DNA of 64,000 nt from Lama guanicoe (Eukaryota). Under the pieces are notes generated by a model. That model worked only from the letters and a program-made list of their open reading frames with translations. It was not told where the DNA came from and ran no database searches. Below, in pieces: positions 1 to 12,755 of this stretch. How positions within the stretch are numbered: position 1 is the stretch's first letter; each line of letters opens with the position of its first letter. The stretch is taken from contig MU054413.1 in the NCBI GenBank assembly GCA_013239625.1, positions 11,703,109 to 11,767,108 of the forward strand, written 5' to 3'. Made by a program: the position numbers and the translations under genes.

Positions 1-149
1 TATGGCTGTCTCTGACCAATTATTGGACATTATTATGAGTGGTTGATGTAGAAGTTTATTAATTTTGATTTATGGGGTAAAGACCAGCCTGAAGTAGCAA
101 ATAACTCAGTATAACTTTTGTATGTTTATAATTAATAGACAAATAAGAG

Positions 150-355
150 TAATAGTAGCCACCCTTTATTAAGGACTCAGTATATGCTGAGTTACATGCT
201 TTTCGCATATTTTCTCATTTCATCATTACAAAATTCCTAAGAGTGTGAGCCACCTTACTGAGTATCTGGGAGATGTCCAAGTGGGTATCTGAGATGGGAT
301 TTCAATCCAGGTGGTCTAATTGCAAAGCCCAAGCTTTGAGCATCACTCTAGGCTG
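150..355 (-). repeat. MIR SINE remnant
   Basis: gagatgggatttcaatccaggtggtct...aaagcccaagct resembles the reverse complement of the MIR head. Confidence 0.5.
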
Positions 356-589
356 CCTACACTTCTCTGTGCTGACCCAGACAGCTAACAGACATGCCTG
401 GAAACACCAGTTTTAGAACCAACTTTTAATGTAAATGTCAGCCTGACTTACAGTTAGAATATCAATGGCTTCTGTATAGACTGTATAATTATAAGTGCCC
501 AAGGATGCTTGAAAATCGTTTTCCACATGGCCCTAGGTGAGTGTGTGTTGTGGAGCACGGGCACATCTGAAAGAATCCTACCCTAAAAA

Positions 590-680
590 TGCGGGCTCCA
601 GCCCAGCTCGCCATTAACTGCTTCTGGCATTGGGCAGATTACTTCTCTGGGGCTTCAGTTTCCTCACCTGTAAACTGGAG
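590..680 (+). repeat. MIR core
   Basis: ttgggcagattacttctctggggcttcagtttcctcacctgtaaa. Confidence 0.65.
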
Positions 681-796
681 GTGTGGGAGGAGGTGGGGAT
701 GGCGGTATGGGAGTGGGGCTCATGTGTTTTCAAGACTCTTTGTGTGAGCACAGGACTCAGTGGCTTCTCATCTGCCCTGTGGTCATTTGTCCCCAG

Positions 797-905
797 GTCA
801 CTCTCATTCACTCGCAAATGGCCCTCGCTGACAAGGAGCTCCTTCCCTGTGTCCGGCAGGAAGCCAAGGAGATCCTGCTCCGGAAAGGCGTGCAGCTGCT
901 GCTGA
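797..905 (+). CDS. AIFM2: AIFM2/FSP1 internal coding exon (human exon 6 equivalent); upstream exons lie outside the window
   Basis: ccccag|GTC...CTG A|gtatgt; 109 nt; [36 protein letters not shown] matches AIFM2 from about residue 170. Confidence 0.97.
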
Positions 906-1805
906 GTATGTGCAGGTCCTCCCCTGACCTGGCAGTCTCTGGCCCTGGCCGGAGAGTGGCCACGCTCACCCCCGGGCTCTCTGTGTCCTGCAGTTAGGCA
1001 GCAAAGCCTGTCTGGCCTTGCCATCCAGCTGGAGGTGTCTGTCCCCGGGCAGGACAGAGGCCCTGGCACGTACGGGATTTCCCTGTCATGGAGGCAGCAC
1101 TTTCTGGCTGTTGCTCTGGACACAGGACAGGTGGTAGCCATTTGTTGAATGGTTTAAAAAGTCATATAAAAGATTTGACCTGAATTATGGTATCTCTTTG
1201 GTAGAGAGAATAGGTATTTTTGTTTGTATTTCGAGGGTGGTGATGAGTGTGGCTTTTGTCCAGAGCAGGAGGGAAGAGAACTATCCAGCATGTTTCGGTG
1301 GGGCTCTAGGCCCAGTGGTGTGAACCCCTACTCCCTCCCACTTCACGGGGCTCACCTGCAGGGAGTGTGAGGTGTCTGCTCTGTGTGAGCCCCCCGGCTT
1401 CTGGGCTCCACAGGAGCGGCTGTGCAGCACTATGCCCACCTGCATTCCGGGCAGTGAGGACCATGGGCTGGCTGTCGACTTCCCTTGCTTTTCCCTGTTG
1501 GTGGTGGGCCTGGTGGGCTCATCTTGCCTGGCGAGGCTGGTGGAGTGGACATTCAGGGAGGCGTGGTTGAAGTCTTCCTCGAATAGCTTTTCCCAGAACC
1601 TCTTGGGAAACTCAGCCACACTTCCCCAAGTTGCTTCTTGGAACTTTCCTCCCATTGGGTCCTTTGGGGCCAGAAGCTCAGACTGTGCTTCTCGGGGCAG
1701 CAGAGCGGACAGGTCTCCAGCCCCCAGGCCAACTCTGGCTTGGGCCCAGCCTTGGTGATGTGCCCACCCTCTGCCAGCCTCCTGGTCACAGGCCTCCCCT
1801 GACAG

Positions 1806-1958
1806 GTGAGCGGGTGAGCAACCTGGAGGAGCTGCCTCTCAATGAGTATCAAGAGTGCATCAAGGTGCAGACGGACAAAGGCACGGAGGTGGCCGCCAAC
1901 CTGGTGATCGTCTGCAATGGTATCAAGATCAACAGTTCGGCCTACCGCAGCGCGTTTG
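1806..1958 (+). CDS. AIFM2: AIFM2 coding exon (exon 7 equivalent)
   Basis: gacag|GT GAG...TTT G|gtaagc; 153 nt; [50 protein letters not shown]; phase fits neighbouring exons. Confidence 0.97.
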
Positions 1959-3138
1959 GTAAGCAGGAGGCCGAGCCGTGGCCCTCTCCCCAGGCTGCCT
2001 TCTCACTCTCCAGCCCCTGAGAAGGCCCTGCAGGCTTCTCCCCCAGGAATCAGTGCCCTGCTCTTCCCCCTCCATCCCAGCAGCTCATGTGGTCTCTTCT
2101 GAATAGTGACAGTAGACTTTAAATTCAGGTTCTGGTCCACTCCTGCTGGGCTCCCCTCAGCTATGGTGACGTGGCTTAACCCACTGTGGCTAAAGTGACC
2201 AGACTCTTCCAAAATCGGGTCCTGCCCCCTTGTGGTGAGAGATGGAAATAGATATCAGAGAGACAAAAAAGATTGGTTTTGTTACTTTCCTTAGAACAGA
2301 GATACAGAGGAAATTCCTGGGTCAGGCCTTTGTCTGTTCACAGGTGTGCTGCTCTTCCCAAACCCTGATCCAAACATTTGGCCACTTGAGCTTGGAATGA
2401 TCATGGGGAGTAGGGCAATAATGTGGCCTCATGTTCTTAAAGCTCAATATTGAACTATTTAGCTGACTTGGGGTGAGGGGAGCTGGGCTGGTAGCTCCAC
2501 CTGTGACCTGGAGGCCCTGTGGTAGCTGTGTCGACAGGTCCCCATCAGTTACTCCTGAGTATGTTTGCTGGACAAGGAGCTCCTGCTAAGTGTCTGGCAG
2601 GAAAGAATTATCCAATCCCAGAAGAAGGAAGCTAGTCCAGACCATGTGTGGGGCTGGGATCAAGGGCTTATAATGTACAGAGATCCCAGAATTTAACACC
2701 TAGTTGTCCTAGTGTTATATTTTCAAAGATAAATTCTTTTAAGTCCCTTAAAAAGAAAAGTTTATCATTTATTAAAGCCCTGTATTTATTTTAAAAATCT
2801 GATCCACGTTCCAAAGGAAATTAAGATTTGACTAAGTTCTAACTTAATCATCGTAAGTGAATCATTGTTAATTGTGGTGACTTATAAAGAGTTATGTGCA
2901 TTATATGAAACGACACTTGCTGGTCTTTCTGACCAGTTTACACCCTGGAATAGTAAGCTCACCTCTGCAGGAGGAGTTCTGAGGTGGGGACTTCAGGCAG
3001 AAATAAACCAGGCGGGAGGCTTGCCTCGTGAAGATGTGCCTTTGGAGGGTGGTTGGACCAGCCCATCTTCCTCACGTTCTGGTGGCCACTTCCCATGGCA
3101 GCTTAGATTCTTGGTTTCGGGCTGGTTTTGCCTGGCAG

Positions 3139-3339
3139 ATGACGGTCTGGCCAGTAATGGTGCCCTGAAAGTGAACGAGTATCTCCAGGTGGAGGGCTGC
3201 AGCCATGTCTACGCCATCGGTGACTGCGCTGATGTGAAGGAGCCCAAGATGGCCTATCATGCCGGCCTTCATGCCAATGTCGCCGTGGCTAACATCATCA
3301 ACTCCATGAAGCAGAGGCCTCTCAAAGCCTACAGGCCAG
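3139..3339 (+). CDS. AIFM2: AIFM2 coding exon (exon 8 equivalent), contains the FAD-binding YAIGD motif
   Basis: ggcag|AT GAC...CCA G|gtcagg; 201 nt; [66 protein letters not shown]. Confidence 0.97.
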
Positions 3340-3621
3340 GTCAGGAAGCCCCACACGTGGTACTGTTTTAAGAGTTAGGGTTAGACATGGTGAAGCCTTT
3401 GTGGGCTTGACCACTGGAACAAACTCTCAAAGCTGGGGACAGAAACCTCCCTCCCCCCTGAGGCTCTAGATAAAAAAGTCAGGGACATGCCTGCCTTCCT
3501 GAAAGCCTCATGCATTTGCTTGTCCTGACACCAAAGGCCCCAGGAAGGGTTTGTGCTGTGGGAGTTGCAGGCCCTCAAACAGTGAGCAGGATTCTAGTTT
3601 GTGCTCATCTCTGCTCCGCAG

Positions 3622-3773
3622 GTGCACTAACGTTCCTCCTGGCCATGGGGAGAAATGACGGTGTGGGCCAGATCAGTGGCTTCTACGTGGGGCGGCTCAT
3701 GGTGCGGCTGGCCAAGAGCCGGGACCTGTTCATCTCCTCAAGCTGGAAAACCATGCGGCAGTCTCCACCCTGA
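3622..3773 (+). CDS. AIFM2: AIFM2 terminal coding exon
   Basis: ccgcag|GT GCA...CCC TGA; [49 protein letters not shown] is the AIFM2 C-terminus. Confidence 0.97.
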
Positions 3774-5390
3774 TGTAGAGGCTGGGCGACAGACAGGTAC
3801 CACTGCTGCCATTGAACGGATTTCTTGACAGATGGTACCCTCTTGACAAATGCCAAAGGGCAAAATCTTTTCCTGGAGTAAGATGCCAGTGATGTACTGA
3901 CCAGAATCGCAACTTACAGAAAACCAAAAACGGGGGAGGGGGGAGTGAAAGAGAAAGAGAGAGAGAGAGGAGGGAGAGAGACTGTCATTAAAAAGGATAT
4001 CCCTAAAGGAGTCTGTCTGGGTTTTAAAAGGTTGGCTTGCACTTGTGCTGGCTGAAGGGTTCACTTAGTCCTGAGGAGGGCACAGCCCACCTTCTCCGCC
4101 CCAGGCTCCTCTTGAATGTATGTGTATGTGCACGCACTGATGGAGTGTAGCATTCAGAGCTCTAAGCAGGGGAGGGATCTCAGTCTCTTGGTGGCAGGAA
4201 AGGTCTCCCTGTCTGTGAGGGCAGGAAGGAGGGTCTGCACAAGGACACCAGCCAAGGAAGGGGACCCGGATGGAGAGGCGGCCTGCATCCCAGTCTCTCC
4301 CATCTCATCAGGAGGTGAGGAATTCTGCAACACTCAGGTTGTTAACAGGAGCCTAGTTTTAAACTGCTGGTCCCTACAGTCTTTGAACTTCATGAGACTT
4401 TCTGTATTTCCATTTTTAGATCCTGAATATATACCATAGGTTACACTTAAAAAGAGTTAGATACAATTTCCTCCTGGTTATTCCATCCTAACGGAGAGTG
4501 AGTTTTTACAAAGCTGACAGGTGAAGACGGAAGCCTGGCCTGCCAGCTGCCAGAGGTGTTTCAGGGAAGGCAGCTGAGTTAGCATGATCGTTGGTGGGTT
4601 GCCCTCTGGCTAGTTCAGGGAGCGGGGCGGTGGGGTCCAGCATGCGAATCCACGTGCTTCCCGGCTACGATCACAGGCAAATTTGTAAGTGATAAAACTA
4701 GCTGGTGCTGGGGGCGGGGGGCCCCGTGGGAACCTTGGTGGTTCTGTGCTTCTGGTTTTCTGGCCGACCCCAACGTCACTTATCTGGAGACCCAGCCATG
4801 TGGCAATAATGCCTGCAACCTGTCAAGTTAAGGTATAAAAATGACTCCTCTATCTGGGAGAGGACTTCCAACCAGGACAAGCTTATTCTGGAACACATGG
4901 TGATATCTCTATGGCAGAAGTGGTTGACGAATTCATCTGAATAAATTCAGGCCCTACTCCTGCCCACCCTGCCCCTCTCCGTCCACTTTTAATGGTAGCC
5001 GCTGGGTCCTTGTCCTTGGGATACCAGCCTCACTAGGGTTCTTGGTCTGTCCTGTCTGGGCGGTGGCCCACGTCTGTTCCATTTTGTTGCCCAGGCCTAA
5101 ATGAGACTGTGCCTCTCCCCCAAAAGACGGCCACCTCGCGGAGACTTCACCCAGCGCTCCGTTTCTGTGGACTGCGGCCAAGCAGGCTTCCTTTCTGGGA
5201 GCTGCTGCCTGAGGAAAGCAAGCCATTCTGTGCTGTCTGACCTGGGGCCCAGCATAGTGGGAGTCTCAGCCCCACAGCGACAGGCCTTGTTCTAGTTATA
5301 TAACATTCTAGAAGTTTCCACTCATGGGGACACAGTTCTCCAAACTGAGGAAATGTTGCAATAAAAGGATATTTTGTAAGAAAGACACTG
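3774..5390 (+). other. AIFM2: AIFM2 3' UTR (end approximate)
   Basis: Follows the stop codon; AATAAA at 4940-4945 and at 5360-5365, the latter followed by a U-rich tract. Confidence 0.6.
5360..5365 (+). terminator. Probable AIFM2 distal polyadenylation signal AATAAA
   Basis: AATAAA with a downstream T-rich element at 5395-5426. Confidence 0.65.
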
Positions 5391-5998
5391 GATCTTTTAT
5401 TTTTTCTTTTCATTTTCTTTTTCTTTAAAAAAAACAACAAAAAAAAGCCTGAAGCAAAACCTTTGTGGGAGTAGTTAACAGATATTACAGGGGGAGGGGT
5501 GGGGGCACTGAAACAGGAAAGAAAAGCACCAGTGAGATGCCTTTCTGATTTTCTCCATCACTGAACACAGACAGCCAAAAAGCCCGACTCACTTTTCTGC
5601 CCTCTTCCCTTGCAAAAAGGAGAAACAGAAGATTATAAGAATTTCGAAAGGATTTTTGTGTGTGTGTAAAAGTCAATGCTATAAATCTAAAACGAAGTCT
5701 GTTTTTTAAAAAATTTCTAAAACAACAGGAAGAAAACACATGGAAAGAAACCCCTCGTGGAGACCTGGTTAATTACGGACTGAGGCTCTTTTTAACGAGA
5801 ATATAAAATGCAGAGGGCTCTTCCCGTGGGCAGGACCTGCTCCAGCAGCCTCTGCTACCCGCTTCCCTTTCCGCTGCCCTCCGCTCCCCTGCCGTCACCC
5901 CTCCTCTCTCCTTTTAAACAATGAAACCCGGCTCCTACGACTTTGATGCTCCTGATTCCTGTTGGTAAGCGTGGCCCCGCCGGGCGGGTGTGGGGCGG
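5380..5998 (-). other. MACROH2A2: MACROH2A2 3' UTR (end approximate)
   Basis: Between the TAG stop (5999-6001) and the minus-strand AATAAA. Confidence 0.7.
5396..5401 (-). terminator. Probable MACROH2A2 polyadenylation signal AATAAA
   Basis: TTTATT on + strand, about 600 nt after the MACROH2A2 stop. Confidence 0.7.
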
Positions 5999-6262
<264 letters not shown>

Positions 6263-7804
6263 TTATCTTGGCACCAGGCCTTTGTTCCTATCACTGGTGG
6301 TGGGGGTCTTACCATGTGCAGGCTGGCCCACACATGATCCCCTTTGACCCTAGTCAGGGACATCCTGGGAGGGGGCAAGCAGGGGACACTGTCCCCACTT
6401 TACTGGTGCCATGCTGGCTCAGAGAGGCACAGTGATTTTAGCCATGGTCATAGTGCTATCTGGGGTGAGCGGTGCCCTGTGCTTGAACCTACTTTGCCTG
6501 ACTCAAGTCCAGCTGAGCTTTACAACCACCAACTCAGCATTTAAAACACCTGGTCTTCAAGAAGGCAAATACAGGTTTTATTAGCTCCTCAAAACTGGTT
6601 TACATGCAAAACAGATAGTTTCTTAAAGGGCAAAAAATGTATGTTCAAAAATACATCTTCCTAATTCCTGATTCATGCACTTCACGTTCCTCTCGCTAAC
6701 CCTTATGGACATGCCAGTGTAATTTCAGCAGTGATGACTCTGGGCAAGGCCTAAGCCCCAGGATGCAATGATAGAGCTGTCCACCAGGGACACGGCCGTC
6801 AAGGTGACACCCCTGGTCATTTGGGATCAGCCACTAAGTGCCCTTGGGCAGGTCCAGGATGGGCCTGCCTGATATGAATTCTCCTTATTGGGCTGTAGTG
6901 TCCGGCCCAGAACATCCCTGCATGTGGTCCCAGCTACATAGAGAATTCAGCTGGCAGCGCCTTTGGGTCAGCCTGCGGACCCAGCGCTGGTGGCTCAGGT
7001 TGAGACAGGACCACCGCAGGAAGCTAGACCTCATTCCTTCTCTCTTTGCCTTCCCGTAACTCTGCTTCCTGCAACAGAATGTCTTCAGGGTGTAAATCAA
7101 ACTATGCTACGGAGGGGCCTCTCTCGAGAGGGTGTTCCAAATTAAAGCAATAACTCGCTCTGGCTGTGAGCATGAGGAGAGAGGCCATGCTACATGTGAG
7201 GACAGATAGCCTCATTATTTACCTGAAATATTGCTCCTGTGCTCAGTCGGGGTCTGTGGCAATTAGAACAATCATTTCTCCTAACCCCTCAAAGCAATCC
7301 CATGCTGAGAGCCTTTCCCTTTTGTGGGTGTTTGTCAGAGCCGCAGTCTCAGGGCTCCTCCAGCTGCAGCCCCGGAAGCCCCTGGGGATTCTGAGGCAGC
7401 AGGTCTGGGCTGGGGTCTGAGACTTGTGTCCTAACCTGGTGGGCTCACTGCTGCTCGTCTGTGGACCACACTTTGAGGAGCAAGCGCCTTGAAGCCTGGT
7501 GTTTCTGATCCTGTGTTCTAGACAGGGACAGGGAACGTAGGCTTTCAATATGGCAGGCTTTCAAAAGAGGACTTTACCTCCCTCTCCTCCCGGAAGCTGC
7601 CTTTCTCCAGGTGTTTGAAAGGATGGAAACTGGCTTTCTTGCTCTATCACCTGGTCAATGTGCCTGGGTATGCTGGCAGCCCTTGGGCACATCCTCTGGG
7701 ATGGCCAGACTGGATTGACCAAGTCAGGGAGCAGCTGGTCCCCAGGGAGAAGGCTGGACAATCGGACCCAGTACCCCTGCCACCTGCCTGGGGAGCGCAT
7801 CTTA

Positions 7805-8008
<204 letters not shown>

Positions 8009-8304
8009 TTATTTCCTACATCTTCACCTTAGCCAGGGGGTTAGGCCGAATCTCCTGTGTCCCTCTTAGAGGCGTGGGGGACGGGGGCAATAGAGAACTT
8101 GGCTGGACAATCTTCGGGGCTTCTAATGAGGAACATACATTTACCGGAGAGTAGGAGCCACGCCAGAATTACTTTTGACAGCAGGCACAAGCTTTGGATA
8201 AATGCGTTTAAAGCTGATGTGACAGTATGTCACACTTTCACATGGTCTGCCTTCTAGGCTATTCCTAATCAAAGGTTCACATTGGAACCATCTCTGGTGG
8301 CTTG

Positions 8305-8746
8305 GGAGACCAAGGAATGGCCTCCCCCAGATGTCCTGGAACCTGTGAATGTTTCCTTACGTGGCAAAAGGGACTTTGCTGATGTGATTAAGTGAAGGAT
8401 TGTGAGATTGGAGAGGTTATCCTGGACTATCCACATGAGCCCTAAATGCAATCACATGGGTCCTAATAAGATGGAGGCAGGGAGGGCAAAGGTAGGAAGA
8501 GGAGCTGTGACGATGGAGCAGAGGTTGGAGTGATGCATCCAGGAGCCAAGGAATGTGGCGGCCTAGACGCTGGAACAGGTAAGGAAGTTCTTCTCTGAGA
8601 AGCAACCAGCCCTGCCAGCACCTCGATTTTAGTTTAAGATTCACTGAGGACTTCTGACCTCCAGAACGCTAAGTGAATACATTTGTGGTGTTTGAGGCCA
8701 CTAAGTTAGTGCTAATTTGTTGTAACAGCAATTGGAAATGAATACA
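8305..8746 (+). mobile_element. MLT1 (MLT1D-like) MaLR solo LTR
   Basis: ggcaaaagggactttgctgatgtgattaag...ttctgacctccagaac...aacagcaattggaaatgaataca. Confidence 0.8.
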
Positions 8747-10382
8747 GCAGCTTCTAAAAAATGGACCAGCCCTCCCCTGTCACCCACACTGAGATCCTGA
8801 CTTGGCAGGTCTGATGCAGGACTTGTGCCTGGTGATTTTAGGACCTTCTGTAGATTGAGAACTGCTGCACTTGGTTGTGCACTCCTCAGTCAGGGATTGT
8901 CTTTTGATCATCTCTACATACCCGAGGAGCCTGACAGGAGTAGGTGTTCAAAATGGGTTGTGAAATTGGATTATGCCCACCTTGTCTCATAAGTTCAGTT
9001 CATATTCCTTGCTTTTATTTTTTATTCCCCCAAACCTATTTCCCATCAGCGACAGAGCTGATAATGAGGAGCTCTAGGTAAGTCCCTGTGGCTGTCGATC
9101 CCTGCAGGAGAGGTTTGGTCTGATCCACTGGCCACTCTCCAGTCCCTTGGGGCCACTTTGGCTGCAGCCCTGTGCTGCTGGCCCCTAAGCCACCTACATA
9201 GTGGAGCTGGGGCTCTGTGCCACTCAAGGAGCCGAGTGTAGCAAAGGTCCCCAGGTGCCCAGCAAAATCATCATTCACTCCCAAAGCCTGAGTCTCCATC
9301 TCTGCCACCGGCACCACCCGTCAGTGTCCCCTGACTCTCCCATTCCAGGCCCGTCTGCTTCACTTCCATCGCCACCTCCCACCCCTGTCTCATCCAGTGT
9401 CCCGGCTGGAATCAGGATGCATCTTACAATCACTGTGGGCCTGGATTGAGCTGAGTCCTTCCAGAGAGAAGTTGCATTTGCTTCTATGTCAACTGGGGAC
9501 CCTACCAGACCCAGGTCACATCCCATTAACTTCCCTGCCTGGTTTTTGGGCCTCACTGGATTTGGCTGCAAATCCACAGGAGTACCAGCTTGTGGTTCAA
9601 ATTTCTCCCACCAAGTCCGCCCAATGCCAAGGTCAAGGGATAGACCTGCTGCCCTTTCTGCACGGTGTGTTCATGTCTTGCTCTCTCTTAAACTGAACAT
9701 GTCCTAGTTTTATGTGGGGTCTCCTATTAGACACCCCACCTTGGAAATTGATTCTTTCTTACAAGCAGGGAATCTCTTACAACCGATGGTGTTTTGGAAC
9801 TAAATGAAATGTAATGTTAGACCCTGATGGACCGTCTCCCCTCTTCCAGATTCACCCTCACCAATCCCTTCTTCCCAGGGAGCTGCTGCTGACTGGCCCT
9901 GAATACTTAGCCCTAACAGATGGTGCCTCAATTTCTTAGCTCATACTTGTTTTCTGCAGCCCTCTCCTTCCTTCTAGATTTACTTCCATTTCTCCCAGTG
10001 AGGCCTCTGTAGTCCTTTCAACAAGGGTCTGTGGACTTCTGACTCAACTTCTGTCTCTCTGAAATCCTACATCTTTCACCCTCCGTCTTGAACAATAACA
10101 AAGTAACATGTGTACTTCTTGGTTCAGTTTTCCCCTTAGTGCTTTGAAGATACTTCTTTTCCATCTCCAAGCATCCTTTGCTGCTGCTGAGAAGTCCACT
10201 GTCAGAAGAACCATCTTTGCAAAAGCTCTGCCTTTCCTTAGGTGGCTTCTCAGGTTTCCCTTGATTTTTGAACTTTGGAAATGTCACTACGATAGGCCAG
10301 TATTTATTCTGATTTAATATCTCAATGTTTTTTCAACCTGAGGACTCTGGGTTTCATTCTGGAAAATTCTCAGCCATGATCT

Positions 10383-10575
10383 TTTTCTCAGTTGAGGTAT
10401 AGCTGATTTACAACATTAGTTTCAGGTATGCAGCATAGTGATTCCACATTTTTATAGATTACACTCCATTTAAATTTATCATAAAAAATTCGCTCTATTG
10501 GCTCTGTTCCCCAGGCTATACAATATATCCTTGTGGCTTATTTCCCTTATACACGGTAGTTTGGACCTCTTAATC
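10383..10575 (-). mobile_element. Truncated L1 3' end (laurasiatherian type)
   Basis: ttgaggtatagctgatttacaacattagtttcaggtatgcagcatagtgattc; similar to the element at 57.3 kb. Confidence 0.7.
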
Positions 10576-11749
10576 ATTTTACGTACTGCCTCTCTACCTT
10601 CTACTTTCTGTCTCTGGAACTGTGTTGGAGGCACTTTTTCTACATAGAGAGGCTATTTTTCTCCCCTCCCACCCTGTCAGGAAGTTTGCTGGGTGCCTCC
10701 CCACTTTCCCCCAGGTAGGATCCAGTCTTATATGGACAATCCAGAGCGCCGTCTCATGGTCATAGAGGGGAGGTGGTAGATCCAGACACTCAGCCAGTAG
10801 ACATTGCGACTGCGGGCCTGGGCAAGTCTTTTGCTGCTCTAGACAACAGATTTCACACGAGCCGTAGCCCTGGGTGGTGGTCAGAGCTTTGGCTCCCGGT
10901 AAGGGCAGTGGGAGTTTTATCCAGCCCTTGCTCTGAGCAATGAGCCTGGCTCTGGTCCCCTCCAAGCATGAGGTGACTCTGGTCCCATAACCAGGTAAGA
11001 GCTGACCTCCTGATGGCTCTACATATCACCGGACCCGGAGCCCAGCCTGCAGCTTTGACGGCCGCCCTGGCTGCTGCCACCTGCAGCTCTTCTATCTCTG
11101 TGCACGTGTGTGTTTATCTTCTATTTCAGTGCTGTTCTTAGAATTTTTTTTTAATTTTAATTTTTTATTTTTTGTAGTTCATAGAATCCATTTAAAAAAA
11201 GAAAATTGACCTATCATTGCTATGTGTGTGAGGGGTGGTACGTGCAGGCTGCAGTGTGGACTCCTGTTCTTTCTCGACCGGAAGCCCCACTACTTTTCTT
11301 GCCATCAAATCTGATCATGACAGCCCCCAGCTTCAACTTTCAAAGGCACCCTTCTCATCTATATGGGGTAAATCCAGACCCTTAGCACAGCCCGAGGTCC
11401 ACGCTCATCTCCGGCTGCTATTTCTTTCCTCTCCTGCTGGCCCTTGACCGAGCCCTCTCATACATGGTGCCCTCACTGCCCACAATGTCCCTGCACCCAG
11501 GTGGGTCTCACATCCTCCCTGGAGTCTACCCAGCTCCTCCAAGCAGAGGGCGTGGCTCCTCTGTGCCCCACTTCTCTGTCTGTCTCTCCTCCTAGACTGT
11601 CCAGTGCTTGAGGGAAGGAATGGGTTTTATTTGTCTTTGGAGCCCCAGCACCAGGGCAGCACTTGGCACTGACTAGATGGTCACTGGAGGTGGTGTGGTG
11701 GGGACACAAGGCTGAAATTAGACCCATTTGCCAAGAAGTTAGCCAATAT

Positions 11750-12205
11750 CCTTGAAAACAAGCATTCAAACAAAACCCTGTACACAGATGTCCAGAGCAA
11801 CTATTCACAATAGCCAGAGGTGGAAACAACCCAAGTGATGAATGGATAAGCAAATGGAATAGTGTCCAGCCATAAGAATGAAGACCTGAGCCATGCTACC
11901 ACAGGATGAACCTCGAAACCTTTTAAGTGAAAGAAGCCAGACACAAAGATCACATATTATACAATTCCATTTTTATGAAATATCCAGAAGAGGCAAAGCC
12001 ACAGAAAGAGAAGGCAGACTGGTGGTTGCCAGGGGTTGGGGGAGGGACGTGACTACTTAACGGGCATGGGGTTTCCACTAAAGGTGATAAAACGTCCTAG
12101 AACCGGATAGCGGTGATGGCAGAACAGCATGGAGTGCACTTCATGCCAGTGAACTGGGCCCGTTTAAACTGGACATGGGTAAGTTTTGTTATGTGTATTT
12201 TAGCA
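11750..12205 (+). mobile_element. L1MB-like 3' fragment
   Basis: ctattcacaatagccagaggtggaaacaacccaa...aagtgaaagaagccagacacaaa...ggttgccaggggttgggg. Confidence 0.8.
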
Positions 12206-12374
12206 CACACACACTAAGTCACCCAGTTGCTCTAGACCATTTTTGGGTGAGCTGATACAAATTGGCTTGAACTATCCAGACACTTTATAGTCCCCCAAAT
12301 GTATGAAATGATCTACACGGCCTGCTCAGATCATCTGAGAGATGCTAAAGTAGCTTTCAGATTGTTACGGCCTA

Positions 12375-12635
<261 letters not shown>

Positions 12636-12755
12636 TTACTAGGTCTTAAAAAAATGCTTAGAAAGTAGGAGTAAAACTTTGCAATTGAAATCCTGGTTGC
12701 CAGTGGTTACTGGTGGCAGGGGTCCCTGGGCTTCTGTCCAGCAGGACTTAGATTC

